Virus record (IMG/VR): IMGVR_UViG_3300017747_002560
Coordinates: 1 to 39,920 of that record
DNA: 39,920 bases
Direction: 5' to 3' (one strand)
Source of the DNA: a virus
Taxonomy: Duplodnaviria > Caudoviricetes
The position numbers were made by a program, and so were the translations under genes. The first letter of the stretch is position 1. Every line of letters starts with the position of its first letter. The notes below the pieces were generated by a model. The model saw only the letters and a program-made list of their open reading frames with translations. It made no database searches and was not told the DNA's origin. Of the stretch, positions 1 through 8,317 are shown piece by piece.

Positions 1-6
1 CGGTGG

Positions 7-111
7 TCATGGCTTCCTCAAAATGTAGATTGAGATAGCGGTGGACAGGATTAGGAACGATCCGCCCAGCATCATCAGGAAAAGAAACACAAAGAGGTCT
101 TGCGCGGTCAT
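7..111 (-). CDS. small membrane peptide (34 aa, MTAQDLFVFLFLMMLGGSFLILSTAISIYILRKP)
   Basis: Read manually. ATG overlaps the upstream stop (ATGA) after GGAGG; single hydrophobic span; its stop overlaps the next ATG, which runs off the window edge. Confidence 0.6.
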   Translation of the reverse strand: MTAQDLFVFLFLMMLGGSFLILSTAISIYILRKP

Positions 112-695
112 TCGGCGGCCTCCGCGATTTGACCCATCCGGCCCCATTGATCCGCCATCGCCTCGGCAATGCCCGTCATCGTCCGGCTGCGCTCTTTCCA
201 GCGGTCGGGGCCAGGCGGCATCAGGTGGACGCGGGCGTGTCGGCCCTCAACAATGTTCGTCGGCACCAGCTTGGGCAGGCCCTTGAGCCAGAGGCAGGTC
301 GCCTTCGTCTCTCCGTGGCCGAACTGCCAAGGCTGAATGATCTGGTCCGGTTTGCGGATGCGCGACGAAATGATGCTGATCGGGTTTTCTAGCGCGATGC
401 GCGGGATCGGCATCCCCAGCAGCCTGGCCACGAAATCCAGCGCCTCTTGCTGCACGCCGCTGGCCTGTTTCGCGGCGAAGTGACGGGCGCCGGATACTGC
501 CAAGTGCGTGCAGGGCGGGTGAGCTATCATCATATCCCAGTTGCGGGATTGGGCCGCCATGCGCGCGTCGGAAATGAGATGGTAGGGGCTCCCGTCCTCG
601 GCCGGCAGCAGGTCGCAAGACCAGGCATCGTGGCCCCGGTCGCGAAACGCGCGGCGGACAACCCCGGAAAATTCGCAGGCTATCAGGACGCGCAT
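108..695 (-). CDS. small phage DNA cytosine methyltransferase-like protein
   Basis: MRVLIACEFSG (degenerate motif I), SCD, HPPC (catalytic PC), ENP (motif VI), PWQFGH; start moved to ATG at 695, just after the upstream stop. Confidence 0.75.
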   Translation of the reverse strand: MRVLIACEFSGVVRRAFRDRGHDAWSCDLLPAEDGSPYHLISDARMAAQSRNWDMMIAHPPCTHLAVSGARHFAAKQASGVQQEALDFVARLLGMPIPRIALENPISIISSRIRKPDQIIQPWQFGHGETKATCLWLKGLPKLVPTNIVEGRHARVHLMPPGPDRWKERSRTMTGIAEAMADQWGRMGQIAEAAE

Positions 696-697
696 TA

Positions 698-1045
698 TCA
701 CTTGCCCTCCGTGGAGGTCACCGAGGGGGTGAGCAAATTCGAGCAGAGTTTGCAAAGCACGCGCCGCTTGTGTCCGATAAAGCTATGGCCGCATTCGGCA
801 CATGAGCATTCGTAATTGCCGTTTTCGTGCGGAGCGTCTTCAGCCCAGTTGCGGTCCGCCGATGGCCTCGGGGATGCGATGGAGACGCGGGTGTCTTTGA
901 TGATCTGCCGGATGGCGTCGAAGTCGGCCATAAAATGCCGCTCGGCCGAGCGATGGTTGGTCGCATTCGTTGGGGTGTGGACGATATCCCATATGCGCTG
1001 TAGCGCTGCGTCTCTGTCCAGCGTTGCTGTCTTGGGACCGCTCAT
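698..1045 (-). CDS. hypothetical protein with C-terminal Zn-ribbon (CxxC...CxxC)
   Basis: GGAGG RBS, ATGA coupling, ENGNYECSCAEC...LCKLC. Confidence 0.65.
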   Translation of the reverse strand: MSGPKTATLDRDAALQRIWDIVHTPTNATNHRSAERHFMADFDAIRQIIKDTRVSIASPRPSADRNWAEDAPHENGNYECSCAECGHSFIGHKRRVLCKLCSNLLTPSVTSTEGK

Positions 1046-1482
1046 GACAGTGCCTCCGGATTATTACCGGTAGCTCCGCAGGGGTCACACGGGCGCTTTA
1101 GATCGCCATCCTTGTGGTCCCAGCCGTAAACATACTGGCCTGTCCCCTGGCAGACGTGGCATTTCCCTGTCCGTTGCTGCCACGCAAGCTTCAGTTGGTC
1201 GATATCGTTATGCTGGATAGCGATTACCGCCTCTGTAGCCTTGTCGCGCTTCGACCAGTCCTGTTGTCCCTTTCGCTTGCCGCGCTCAAAAAGGACGCTG
1301 CACACCGCCCCGGTCAGCAATATGAATGAACTTGGTTTGCTGTGGTTTTTGACTTCCGCACGAAACCATTGCCAGCCTTCCGGCATCCCATACTTTTCAA
1401 GGGCGACGAGGTTCATCCAGTCAACGCGGGCGGCGGGCGCGTCACTGGCAATGACTGGCTGGGAGTGGTTACGTTCGCTCAT
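1042..1482 (-). CDS. hypothetical protein with DnaJ-like CxxCxGxG zinc-finger tail
   Basis: CHVCQGTG and CDPCGATG; GAGG RBS. Confidence 0.7.
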   Translation of the reverse strand: MSERNHSQPVIASDAPAARVDWMNLVALEKYGMPEGWQWFRAEVKNHSKPSSFILLTGAVCSVLFERGKRKGQQDWSKRDKATEAVIAIQHNDIDQLKLAWQQRTGKCHVCQGTGQYVYGWDHKDGDLKRPCDPCGATGNNPEALS

Positions 1483-1518
1483 GTCGTCCTCAATGGTGTG
1501 GTTGCCGGAGCGGTGGTG

Positions 1519-1701
1519 TCAGGTCTGCCAAACGAAAACGCCAGCCGCGCCGGCAGTGGCCGCCCAAATGGTGTCCCAATAGTTGCGGTCGCGCCCGAAA
1601 GGCAGCCCATACCGGGCAGCGAACCAATCCGCAGACGCCCAGACGGCAGTCACGGAAAGCCCGACAAGCAGCCCCTTCGCATTCGCTTTCAGAAATTGCA
1701 T
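1519..1701 (-). CDS. small membrane protein
   Basis: Two hydrophobic segments; GGGAG upstream of MQFLK. Confidence 0.5.
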   Translation of the reverse strand: MQFLKANAKGLLVGLSVTAVWASADWFAARYGLPFGRDRNYWDTIWAATAGAAGVFVWQT

Positions 1702-1714
1702 CAGAACTCCCCCT

Positions 1715-2032
1715 TCAGCACTGCTGTAGTGTGTATTCACGGTCCCGATAGCCGACCGCCAGGTCGCACGGGTCTATCCGGTATCCGCACCAAAACGCCG
1801 CCTCGCCCATGGAATGCTGTTCCCTGTGATGCTTTCCACACAGCGGGACCGTCCAATTGTCATCCGGTTTTTCAGCCATGCCCGTGTATGATTTTCCCCA
1901 GCCCCTATGTGCCATCCTGATGTGCGCGGCCTCTGTCGTCGTGTTGTCCTTGCAAATGCAGCAAGGCAGGGTCCGAATGAACTCCAGGTGTTTCGGGTTT
2001 TTCTTGCGCGGCTGTCTCTGGCGTAGGCTCAC
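1715..2032 (-). CDS. DUF968-like / HNH-related zinc-binding protein
   Basis: PCCIC...AAHIR...VPLCGKHH pattern. Confidence 0.7.
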   Translation of the reverse strand: MSLRQRQPRKKNPKHLEFIRTLPCCICKDNTTTEAAHIRMAHRGWGKSYTGMAEKPDDNWTVPLCGKHHREQHSMGEAAFWCGYRIDPCDLAVGYRDREYTLQQC

Positions 2033-2160
2033 AGCGGGTTCACTCCAGATTCGTTCTGATCTTGCTGTCTGGTCTCCACATCACGAAGTTTCCAGCCAAG
2101 GCAAAACCCGATGAAGGCGGCAAGGGCTATAATGGCGATGCTTATGTTGAGGTCGGTCAT
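2029..2160 (-). CDS. small membrane peptide (MTDLNISIAII...)
   Basis: ATGA coupling; one hydrophobic helix. Confidence 0.5.
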   Translation of the reverse strand: MTDLNISIAIIALAAFIGFCLGWKLRDVETRQQDQNESGVNPL

Positions 2161-2474
2161 AGCCTCATCTCCGCTCGCTTGGTTGCATTCTCGCTCTGCC
2201 ATTCCATGAACTTCATGCGGATGTATTCCATCTGGACCTTGAGGCGGTTGGCGGCTTGGCGTGACATAGAAATGGTTTGCAGATTGTCGCGCCACTCTTG
2301 CGATGCCTTCACCATCATCTCGGCTTTTGAAACCGTCATCTCACCGAGCGCTGACATGCGCTCGGCAAGAACTGCACTCTTGGTGTCTTCAAGCAGGGAG
2401 GCGGCGGCCTCGGCGTTAACCCAGGCTTTTGCTACCAGCCTGAATTGCTCAGACCATGGGAGGTTGTCGCTCAA
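2157..2474 (-). CDS. helical hypothetical protein of the recombination module
   Basis: Coupled between neighbouring genes; coiled-coil-like composition. Confidence 0.65.
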   Translation of the reverse strand: MSDNLPWSEQFRLVAKAWVNAEAAASLLEDTKSAVLAERMSALGEMTVSKAEMMVKASQEWRDNLQTISMSRQAANRLKVQMEYIRMKFMEWQSENATKRAEMRL

Positions 2475-2752
2475 AACGGGATGTCCCTGTCATCGTCAAG
2501 GCCGCTGGAAATCGAGTCACGTCGCGACTGCTCGGCTGCGGGCCGCTGGTCATGGTGTTCGGCATCCTCGCGCGGTTTGGGAGCGAACAACGATATCCAG
2601 GCTTGCCCCTCGGCGTTTGGCATGGGCAGGGCGTCCAACACGATGTTGAATCCGTCGCCTTGCTTGGACGGGAAGGCCGCGCCGATCTTGGTATACCGGC
2701 TCTTGCCGTCCTTATCCTTGCGGCTGATTACTGCGTCATATCGTGTGGTCAT
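2471..2752 (-). CDS. putative ssDNA-binding protein
   Basis: KIGAAF...GFNIVLDALP core with acidic DDDRDIPF tail typical of SSBs; follows the exonuclease gene. Confidence 0.6.
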   Translation of the reverse strand: MTTRYDAVISRKDKDGKSRYTKIGAAFPSKQGDGFNIVLDALPMPNAEGQAWISLFAPKPREDAEHHDQRPAAEQSRRDSISSGLDDDRDIPF

Positions 2753-3384
2753 GCTGCTGCTTTCTCGCCATAGAGGCTGTTGAGTTCGGAAAGTTTGACT
2801 TCGATTTCTAGGAGGAACCCGGCAACCTCGGTTTCCAGTTCCTTGATGCGGATATCATCGCGCGGCATTCGCTTGACAAACAGCCGCATGTTTTCCGGCA
2901 GGCGCGGGTCGTATGAAACGAAGTCGCACCACTGGCGGCCGGCGCAGGCCATCTGCCATTGCATTTGATTGTGGTACTTGCTCGGGATCATCTGGCCGAG
3001 CAGCGTTTCCAGATGGGTGGCCGTATTCGGGCATTTGATTTCGACCATGCCGTCATCGCCGACAAGGCCATCCGGCGAAGCTCCGCTCTGGTCAATGTTC
3101 GGGTGAAGAACGAAGCTGATTTCCTTCACCGCCTCGTTGCGGTAGAACTCATATGCAGCGCGGGCTTCCGGCTCTTTCTCTGTGCCCCATTGCATCGCGC
3201 CGTTGGTGAACGATTCCTGCACGACGCCAGTCAGACGCTCGGCAATGAGTTGGGCCATGTAGTTCGCCCGGCTGGCGCTGGGGCCGCTCTTGGTCTTGGC
3301 AACCACGTCCGCGACACGGGACGCCGTGACCTTGCCGAGCCTGGCGGCAAACCATTCCAGCGATCCTTGGATAATATCGGTCAT
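2749..3384 (-). CDS. YqaJ / lambda-exonuclease family recombination nuclease
   Basis: QGSLEWFAARLGKVTAS, MQWGTEKEP, ASPDG, EIKCP, QMQWQM motifs; start at ATG 3384. Confidence 0.93.
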   Translation of the reverse strand: MTDIIQGSLEWFAARLGKVTASRVADVVAKTKSGPSASRANYMAQLIAERLTGVVQESFTNGAMQWGTEKEPEARAAYEFYRNEAVKEISFVLHPNIDQSGASPDGLVGDDGMVEIKCPNTATHLETLLGQMIPSKYHNQMQWQMACAGRQWCDFVSYDPRLPENMRLFVKRMPRDDIRIKELETEVAGFLLEIEVKLSELNSLYGEKAAA

Positions 3385-3980
3385 TCTGCGGCCTCCGCGA
3401 GAGGTGCGCGATCCGGCTTGGCATTTATCGCGGTTGTGATGGTGGCGAGCTTGTCGGTCGTGATGTCTGCCAGCGAAGCAAACTTGAAGTGCTTGCAAAC
3501 CAACTCGGCGCTGGTTTCCTTGCTGTTGATGAGATTGAGCAAGTCGGCGGCTTCCTGCGGGCTGATCTTGCTCAGCGTCGTGACGGGTGGGCTTGTCTTT
3601 GCCGCCGCGTTTGCGTCGTCATCGTCCTGTGCGATTCCGACGAGCGCGGCGAGCGAGTAGCGGCGTCCGTAGGTGATTGCCGAGCCCATTTCCTGCGGCT
3701 TGAGGCCGGCGGAAATCGGGTATTCCGTTGCGATGAACTGGCCGGACGAATGCAGAAGGGTTGTCCGCAGAATAATGCAGCGTTCGGCAATCGCCATGGT
3801 CTGCACAGTGGAAAGCCCGCTGTTCGATAGGGGCGCGCGGATAGCGTCCAAAACCGCCGCCAAATCCGCATAAGTCGATTTGAAATGTGGGTTGGACTTG
3901 TTCTTTGCGGCGTTTTCCATCGTCCCTTGAGCTTTCGCCAAGGCCGCTGCTAGTTCGTTGATTTGTTCTGATTGCATCAT
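3381..3980 (-). CDS. erf: ERF-family ssDNA annealing protein
   Basis: NPHFKSTYADL and GSAITYGRRYSLAALVGI..DDDAN signature. Confidence 0.92.
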   Translation of the reverse strand: MMQSEQINELAAALAKAQGTMENAAKNKSNPHFKSTYADLAAVLDAIRAPLSNSGLSTVQTMAIAERCIILRTTLLHSSGQFIATEYPISAGLKPQEMGSAITYGRRYSLAALVGIAQDDDDANAAAKTSPPVTTLSKISPQEAADLLNLINSKETSAELVCKHFKFASLADITTDKLATITTAINAKPDRAPLAEAAE

Positions 3981-4171
3981 AATTTTCGCTCCATGCATTG
4001 CTTGATGATTTCCAGGTCGCGCTGGTATTCGAGGTCGTCCAGCCGTTTCGCGAATTCGCCCATGCGCTCGCAGGCGATCAGCGGATCAGCCCCGGCCCGT
4101 CGCTCTGCATCGTAGTAGTTCTGCAATGCGGTAGAGCGGACGATGGCGAGCTTTAGCTTTGCTTCGGTCAT
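3977..4171 (-). CDS. hypothetical protein
   Basis: ATGA-coupled on both sides. Confidence 0.6.
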   Translation of the reverse strand: MTEAKLKLAIVRSTALQNYYDAERRAGADPLIACERMGEFAKRLDDLEYQRDLEIIKQCMERKL

Positions 4172-4269
4172 GTCCCATATCCCCTAATCATCGCCAGAAC
4201 AGAAACGAGGTTGAAAGAGAATGCACAAAGACATAAGGCTTCTGTGCAGTAGATGCAGAAACGGGTCAT
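4168..4269 (-). CDS. small Cys-rich hydrophobic peptide ([13 protein letters not shown]...)
   Basis: Fills the gap with ATGA overlaps at both ends. Confidence 0.45.
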   Translation of the reverse strand: MTRFCIYCTEALCLCAFSFNLVSVLAMIRGYGT

Positions 4270-4850
4270 GGCATCAGCTTTCGAATACGCGCCAGCTCGA
4301 CCATGCTGCGAACGATGTTTTCCGTTTCCTTGAATAGCGCCGTGCCTGCACGGGTTTTCTCCCAATGCTTCTGCGCTTGTGCTAAAGTGAAATGGCGGCA
4401 ACCCGCCTTAACCATCGGTTCAGAATCTCCGGTCAGTTTTTGCAGGAAGAACGGGTAGCCATCAGAGCGGTGAGCGCCTTGGATAACCCATTGATCCCCG
4501 AGGTTCGCGCCGTTGAGGTCCGCGCCGTTGAGGTCCGCGCCGCTGAGGTACGCGCCGCTGAGGTTCGCGCGGCTGAGGTTCGCGCGGCTGAGGTACGCGC
4601 CGCTGAGGTACGCGCCGCTGAGGTTCGCGCCGTTGAGGTTCGCGCGGCTGAGGTACGCGCGGCTGAGGTACGCGCGGCTGAGGTTCGCGCCGCTGAGGTT
4701 CGCGCGGCTGAGGTACGCGCCGCTGAGGTTCGCGCCGCTGAGGTTCGCGCCGCTGAGGTTCGCTTCCTGCACCGCATCTCCCATGGTGGCGGCCTTCTCA
4801 CTTCGGAAAATCACAGCGCCGGTGAAGCGGTGTTTGATCTCGAATGCCAT
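4266..4850 (-). CDS. pentapeptide-repeat protein 1
   Basis: 18 pentapeptides, mostly A(N/Y/D)L(S/N)(G/R); AGGAG RBS; C-terminal AGCRHFT..A..HW domain. Confidence 0.9.
   Translation of the reverse strand: MAFEIKHRFTGAVIFRSEKAATMGDAVQEANLSGANLSGANLSGAYLSRANLSGANLSRAYLSRAYLSRANLNGANLSGAYLSGAYLSRANLSRANLSGAYLSGADLNGADLNGANLGDQWVIQGAHRSDGYPFFLQKLTGDSEPMVKAGCRHFTLAQAQKHWEKTRAGTALFKETENIVRSMVELARIRKLMP
4500..4763. repeat. 15-bp tandem repeat array GAGGT(T/A/C)CGCGC(C/G)G(C/T)T, 17 full units plus a partial
   Basis: Counted directly in the sequence. Confidence 0.97.
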
Positions 4851-4861
4851 GTCCGTTACTC

Positions 4862-5071
4862 CTATTCAGCCGCTTGCGCGTAAGTGGTTTCGTTTTGCGC
4901 GTTCCGCGCTGCGATGATCTGTCTTGCCGCTTCCATCATGTTGGCGTGACGGATTTTGCTGTCGGCGAGATACTGCTCCCATCGCCATGCTTGACAGTGA
5001 CGGTCATGCTGGCGGGGGCCGCAGAGAAGCTCTGCGATCTGGTCGGCGTTTCCGATTACTGCGAAGGGCAT
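4862..5071 (-). CDS. hypothetical protein
   Basis: ORF fills the gap between the two pentapeptide genes. Confidence 0.55.
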   Translation of the reverse strand: MPFAVIGNADQIAELLCGPRQHDRHCQAWRWEQYLADSKIRHANMMEAARQIIAARNAQNETTYAQAAE

Positions 5072-5102
5072 TGTCCGGCTCTATCTCTGGGGTGGGGGGA
5101 AG

Positions 5103-5978
5103 TCAGTAGTTTTCCGCCTCGATACGGCTGATGAAAAAGTGCACGCCGTGCGAACATTCCTCCATCCAGTTGTCGTCAAAGCTGTCTGGGGTGATGCGCT
5201 TGCCGACCCGATACTCTGTCTCACCGTCGTGCGACGAAACGCCAACCTTGGCACCGAACACCTCAAGCACATCAGCAAACTCAGCGCGGCATTTGCGGCC
5301 GAAGGCATGGGAGCGTTTCGCGTCTGCCGGAATGCGCAGCTTCACGATTATGTTTGCCATGCACTTCTTCCACCCGATAAGTTCGCCATCTGGTAGGATG
5401 CGCGTCATTGCGACTGCGAGTTCTGCGCCCTTCGCATCGCGCAGGTTCGCACCGCTCAGGTACGCATCGCTCAGGTTCGCACCGCTCAGGTTCGCACCGC
5501 TCAGGTTCGCACCGCTCAGGTACGCACCGCTCAGGTTCGCACCGCTCAGGTACGCACCGCTCAGGTTCGCATCGCGCAGGTTCGCACCGCTCAGGTACGC
5601 ATCGCTCAGGTTCGCACCGCGCAGGTTCGCACCGCTCAGGTTCGCACCGCTCAGGTACGCACCGCTCAGGTTCGCATCGCGCAGGTTCGCACCGCTCAGG
5701 TACGCATCGCTCAGGTACGCATCGCTCAGGTTCGCACCGCTCAGGTTCGCACCGCTCAGGTTCGCATCGCGCAGGTTCGCACCGCTCAGGTTCGCACCGC
5801 TCAGGTTCGCACCGCGCAGGTTCGCACCGCTCAGGTTCGCACCGCTTAGGGCGGCCCACCGCACGGCGAGCCCGAGCTTGATCGAAGGCAGTTCATCTGG
5901 TGAGCATTGAATTTCAGCGGTGAATTGAACGGCTGAAGTCCAGCGGTTGAGGACATCAAATTTGATTATTCCGGCCAT
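5103..5978 (-). CDS. pentapeptide-repeat protein 2 with C-terminal [16 protein letters not shown] domain (DUF5758-like, tentative)
   Basis: 27 A(N/Y)L(S/R)(G/D) units; start moved to ATG 5978 after AGGGG RBS. Confidence 0.9.
   Translation of the reverse strand: MAGIIKFDVLNRWTSAVQFTAEIQCSPDELPSIKLGLAVRWAALSGANLSGANLRGANLSGANLSGANLRDANLSGANLSGANLSDAYLSDAYLSGANLRDANLSGAYLSGANLSGANLRGANLSDAYLSGANLRDANLSGAYLSGANLSGAYLSGANLSGANLSGANLSDAYLSGANLRDAKGAELAVAMTRILPDGELIGWKKCMANIIVKLRIPADAKRSHAFGRKCRAEFADVLEVFGAKVGVSSHDGETEYRVGKRITPDSFDDNWMEECSHGVHFFISRIEAENY
5436..5840. repeat. 15-bp tandem repeat array, 27 units; coding-strand consensus GCG AAC CTG AGC GGT
   Basis: Counted directly in the sequence. 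Confidence 0.97.
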
Positions 5979-6039
5979 CTCTCGTCCCCTATGTTGCTGC
6001 GTGAACGGCTGCGCCGTCCATCTGCTGTTTGCTTCGATA

Positions 6040-6075
6040 GGCGACTTAAAGCACGTCTTACCGGACCATACAAGC
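6040..6075 (-). promoter_or_regulatory. leftward early promoter (PL-like) overlapping operator O1 (6048-6060)
   Basis: Minus strand reads CTTG-N10-TAAGACGTGCTTT, the same architecture as the rightward promoter. Confidence 0.6.
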
Positions 6076-6081
6076 GGAAAG

Positions 6082-6094
6082 AAAGAAAATCTTT
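6082..6094. promoter_or_regulatory. operator-like palindrome O2 (AAAGAAAATCTTT)
   Basis: WAAG-N5-CTTW dyad matching O1 and O3. Confidence 0.5.
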
Positions 6095-6128
6095 CAACAA
6101 TCGTCATTGCACTGCCCAAACGATTTAT

Positions 6129-6160
6129 CTTGCAGCCGGCTTTAAGATGTGCTTTCTAGG
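6129..6160 (+). promoter_or_regulatory. rightward early promoter (PR-like) overlapping operator O3 (6143-6155)
   Basis: CTTG-N10-TAAGATGTGCTTT; ATG follows within ~10 nt, suggesting a leaderless cro mRNA. Confidence 0.6.
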
Positions 6161-6164
6161 CGGC

Positions 6165-6404
6165 ATGGAAAAATCATCCCTTACTCCCGAACCGTCAAAA
6201 ACCCCACTGGAGCGGGCCAAAGAGGCCGTTGGCGGCAATACCGCGCTCGCCAAGGCCATGAAGGGAATTACCCCGCAGGCCATTTCCCAATGGGAGCAGA
6301 TCCCGCTTACCAGGGTTTTTGAGATTGAGCGCGTTACCGGCATTCCCCGCGAGGAGCTTCGGCCGGACTTCTTCGGCAAGACAGCAGGAGCGCAACATGA
6401 ATGA
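6165..6404 (+). CDS. cro: Cro/YdaS-like HTH regulator
   Basis: GGNTALAKAMKGITPQAISQW HTH and LRPD motif; first gene of the rightward operon. Confidence 0.88.
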   Translation: MEKSSLTPEPSKTPLERAKEAVGGNTALAKAMKGITPQAISQWEQIPLTRVFEIERVTGIPREELRPDFFGKTAGAQHE

Positions 6405-6510
6405 CAACCGGGATTTCGCTGCGACGTGCTTTGTCACCGGATGCGCCATCATACCAGCGTTTGCTTTATTTGTGCTGGTCTTTTTCATTCATACGATGGT
6501 TGCGCTATGA
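6397..6510 (+). CDS. small membrane peptide (MNDNRDFAATC...)
   Basis: AGGAG RBS; hydrophobic helix. Confidence 0.5.
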   Translation: MNDNRDFAATCFVTGCAIIPAFALFVLVFFIHTMVAL

Positions 6511-6732
6511 TGACCCAATTCCAATCCGCGCTGGAGCCCTCACGGGTTGCGGACAACGGCTGCTGGCCTGCAACTGCCGATCCTGTGGACCCGGCAGCCG
6601 TTACTAATTCCTCTCCGTCTGTATCAGACGCGAGGCCCGCGACATCCCTAGCCCCCATCCCCCAAGTGAGTGTCGCGGGCAGCCTTTCCAACCCTGCTGC
6701 CATCCCTGTTTCCTCCCGGCCGCAGCAAACTA

Positions 6733-6762
6733 GGCGCGATTAAACCCGCGCCATTTTTTTTT
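6733..6762 (+). terminator. intrinsic terminator (tR1-like)
   Basis: GGCGCG/CGCGCC stem followed by A and T9. Confidence 0.8.
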
Positions 6763-6812
6763 AGGCAACCCGCCAGCATCACAACAGCGGCACAGACAAA
6801 AGGGGTAGGACA

Positions 6813-7364
6813 ATGAGTTACGTCGAAACAAGCGCGCCAGTAGCCACAATGCGCGTTCCGTCCGTTGTCGCGGATATGCACAGGGCGCACATGGCCCGCA
6901 TTCAGCGGTTCAAAAGCGCGGCTATCGGCCCCAAGCCGCCGGCGCCGGTCAACGAACGCCCCGTGAAAATCCTCACAGAACCGACATGGGAGGAGAGGCA
7001 ACGCGCCATCCCCATTCCAAAAGGCCCGTGGTTTTCGGTTGTCGAGATGGGCCGTGTTGATGGTCCTCGCCGACCTACAATCGGGGATGTTCAACGCACG
7101 GTCGCCAAATATTTCAAACTGACGATAGCCGAGCTTATTTGCGCGCGGCGGACTAAATCCGTTGTCATCCCCCGCCATATTGCGATGGCTCTTTGCCGGG
7201 AAATGACACTGGAGTCATATCCAAATATCGGTCGCAGGTTCAGGCGGGACCACACAGTTCCCATTTACGCATTCAATAAGATTTGCGAGCTCGTAAAGAC
7301 CGACGCATCGGTTGCTGCGGACTATGAATCTCTCAAGGCTAAGTTGGGAGGTTCCGTTGAATAA
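6813..7364 (+). CDS. protein with DnaA C-terminal (domain IV-like) DNA-binding domain
   Basis: VQRTVAKYFKLT..EL...RR...V..PRHIAM.LCRE.T..SYP.IGRRF.RDHTV. Confidence 0.85.
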   Translation: MSYVETSAPVATMRVPSVVADMHRAHMARIQRFKSAAIGPKPPAPVNERPVKILTEPTWEERQRAIPIPKGPWFSVVEMGRVDGPRRPTIGDVQRTVAKYFKLTIAELICARRTKSVVIPRHIAMALCREMTLESYPNIGRRFRRDHTVPIYAFNKICELVKTDASVAADYESLKAKLGGSVE

Positions 7365-7869
7365 ACTCCCGACGCAGGAACTCCTTCGCGAGTGGTTCGA
7401 CTACAACCCAACTACGGGCATTTTCGTTTGGAAGAAAGAGCCGCGCGAAATCGGACCTAGGCTTGGTCTGGTTGCTGGAACAAACAACCGAAAATACGTG
7501 ATGATATCAGTTCCAGGCTTTCGCCAGCTTGGGGCGCATCGCATCGCCTGGATTTACATGAATGGCCTGACGATTGGAGGCGCCGAGATCGATCACATCG
7601 ACGGCGACACATCAAATAATGCCATCGCCAATCTTCGCCTCGCAACATCCCGTGAGCAGAAGCGGAACAAGCGTGTCCAGTCGAATAATAGATCTGGCCT
7701 GAAGGGCGCGTTCTTCCATGCCTGCCGCAAGGGCAAGAAATGGCGTTCGCAAATCAAGGTTGGCGAGCGGCTGATCTTCCTTGGCTATTTCGACACCGCA
7801 GAGCAGGCCCATGAAGCCTATGGCAACGCGGCCCGTGAACACTTTGGCGAATTTGCGAGGGCGGCATGA
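7357..7869 (+). CDS. HNH endonuclease with AP2-like C-terminal domain
   Basis: AHRIAW, IDHIDGDTSNNAIANLR, LGYFDTAEQAHEAY; TTG start after GGAGG. Confidence 0.92.
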   Translation: MNKLPTQELLREWFDYNPTTGIFVWKKEPREIGPRLGLVAGTNNRKYVMISVPGFRQLGAHRIAWIYMNGLTIGGAEIDHIDGDTSNNAIANLRLATSREQKRNKRVQSNNRSGLKGAFFHACRKGKKWRSQIKVGERLIFLGYFDTAEQAHEAYGNAAREHFGEFARAA

Positions 7870-8057
7870 AAGTCCTGTTTGAACTTGAGACGCACGATTG
7901 CCGTTGGATGATGGATGACACGTTTTTCTGCGCTGAGGCACAGCAAGAGAAATCCAGCTATTGCCCGTTTCACCATCGCAAATGCTGGGTGGTTCCTATC
8001 AAAAGTCCAGCCAAGGCCCGCGTCTATCACGGCACTGACTTTTCGGTGCGGGCATGA
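7866..8057 (+). CDS. GcrA C-terminal-domain-like mini protein
   Basis: LFEL...CRW...FFC......SYCPFH matches the Cys/His pattern of the GcrA C-terminus. Confidence 0.7.
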   Translation: MKVLFELETHDCRWMMDDTFFCAEAQQEKSSYCPFHHRKCWVVPIKSPAKARVYHGTDFSVRA

Positions 8058-8317
8058 AAGTAACCGAACAGATGCGGCTGGATATCTTGCGCGTCTACAG
8101 GGATGAAGGCTCAACCGCAGCCGCAGCATTCTGCGCCAATCTTGGACTGAGCCGCGGCTACTATTCGGCGCTGGCGTGCCGGCGCGGGGTTGCCGTCAAG
8201 AAATCAAAACCGCTGACGGATGACCAGAAAGCGAGAATACGTAACCGCGTCCCGATAGATGATAGCCACGATCATCGTTGGCAATGGGCGATTCAACGAG
8301 GGGCGGTGCGAGCATGA
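8054..8317 (+). CDS. hypothetical protein (possible HTH)
   Basis: ATGA coupling. Confidence 0.6.
   Translation: MKVTEQMRLDILRVYRDEGSTAAAAFCANLGLSRGYYSALACRRGVAVKKSKPLTDDQKARIRNRVPIDDSHDHRWQWAIQRGAVRA

Noticed and set aside
4500-5840. CRISPR array or diversity-generating retroelement explanation for the repeats
   Set aside because: No spacers or cas genes. Most variable sites involve an adenine allele, but there is no reverse transcriptase or TR/VR pair in the window, and one variable site is G/C
4392-5910. Alternative-frame repeat ORFs (VRAAE, RTSAA, RFAPL, CEPER, RSGSH)
   Set aside because: By-products of 15-bp units that lack stop codons in several frames; only the AxLxx frame has RBSs and sensible flanking domains
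5979-6119. N-terminal extensions of the pentapeptide gene (to 6119) and cro (from 5991), or a hidden cI
   Set aside because: They run through the promoter/operator region; better starts exist at 5978 and 6165; no HTH or peptidase motif
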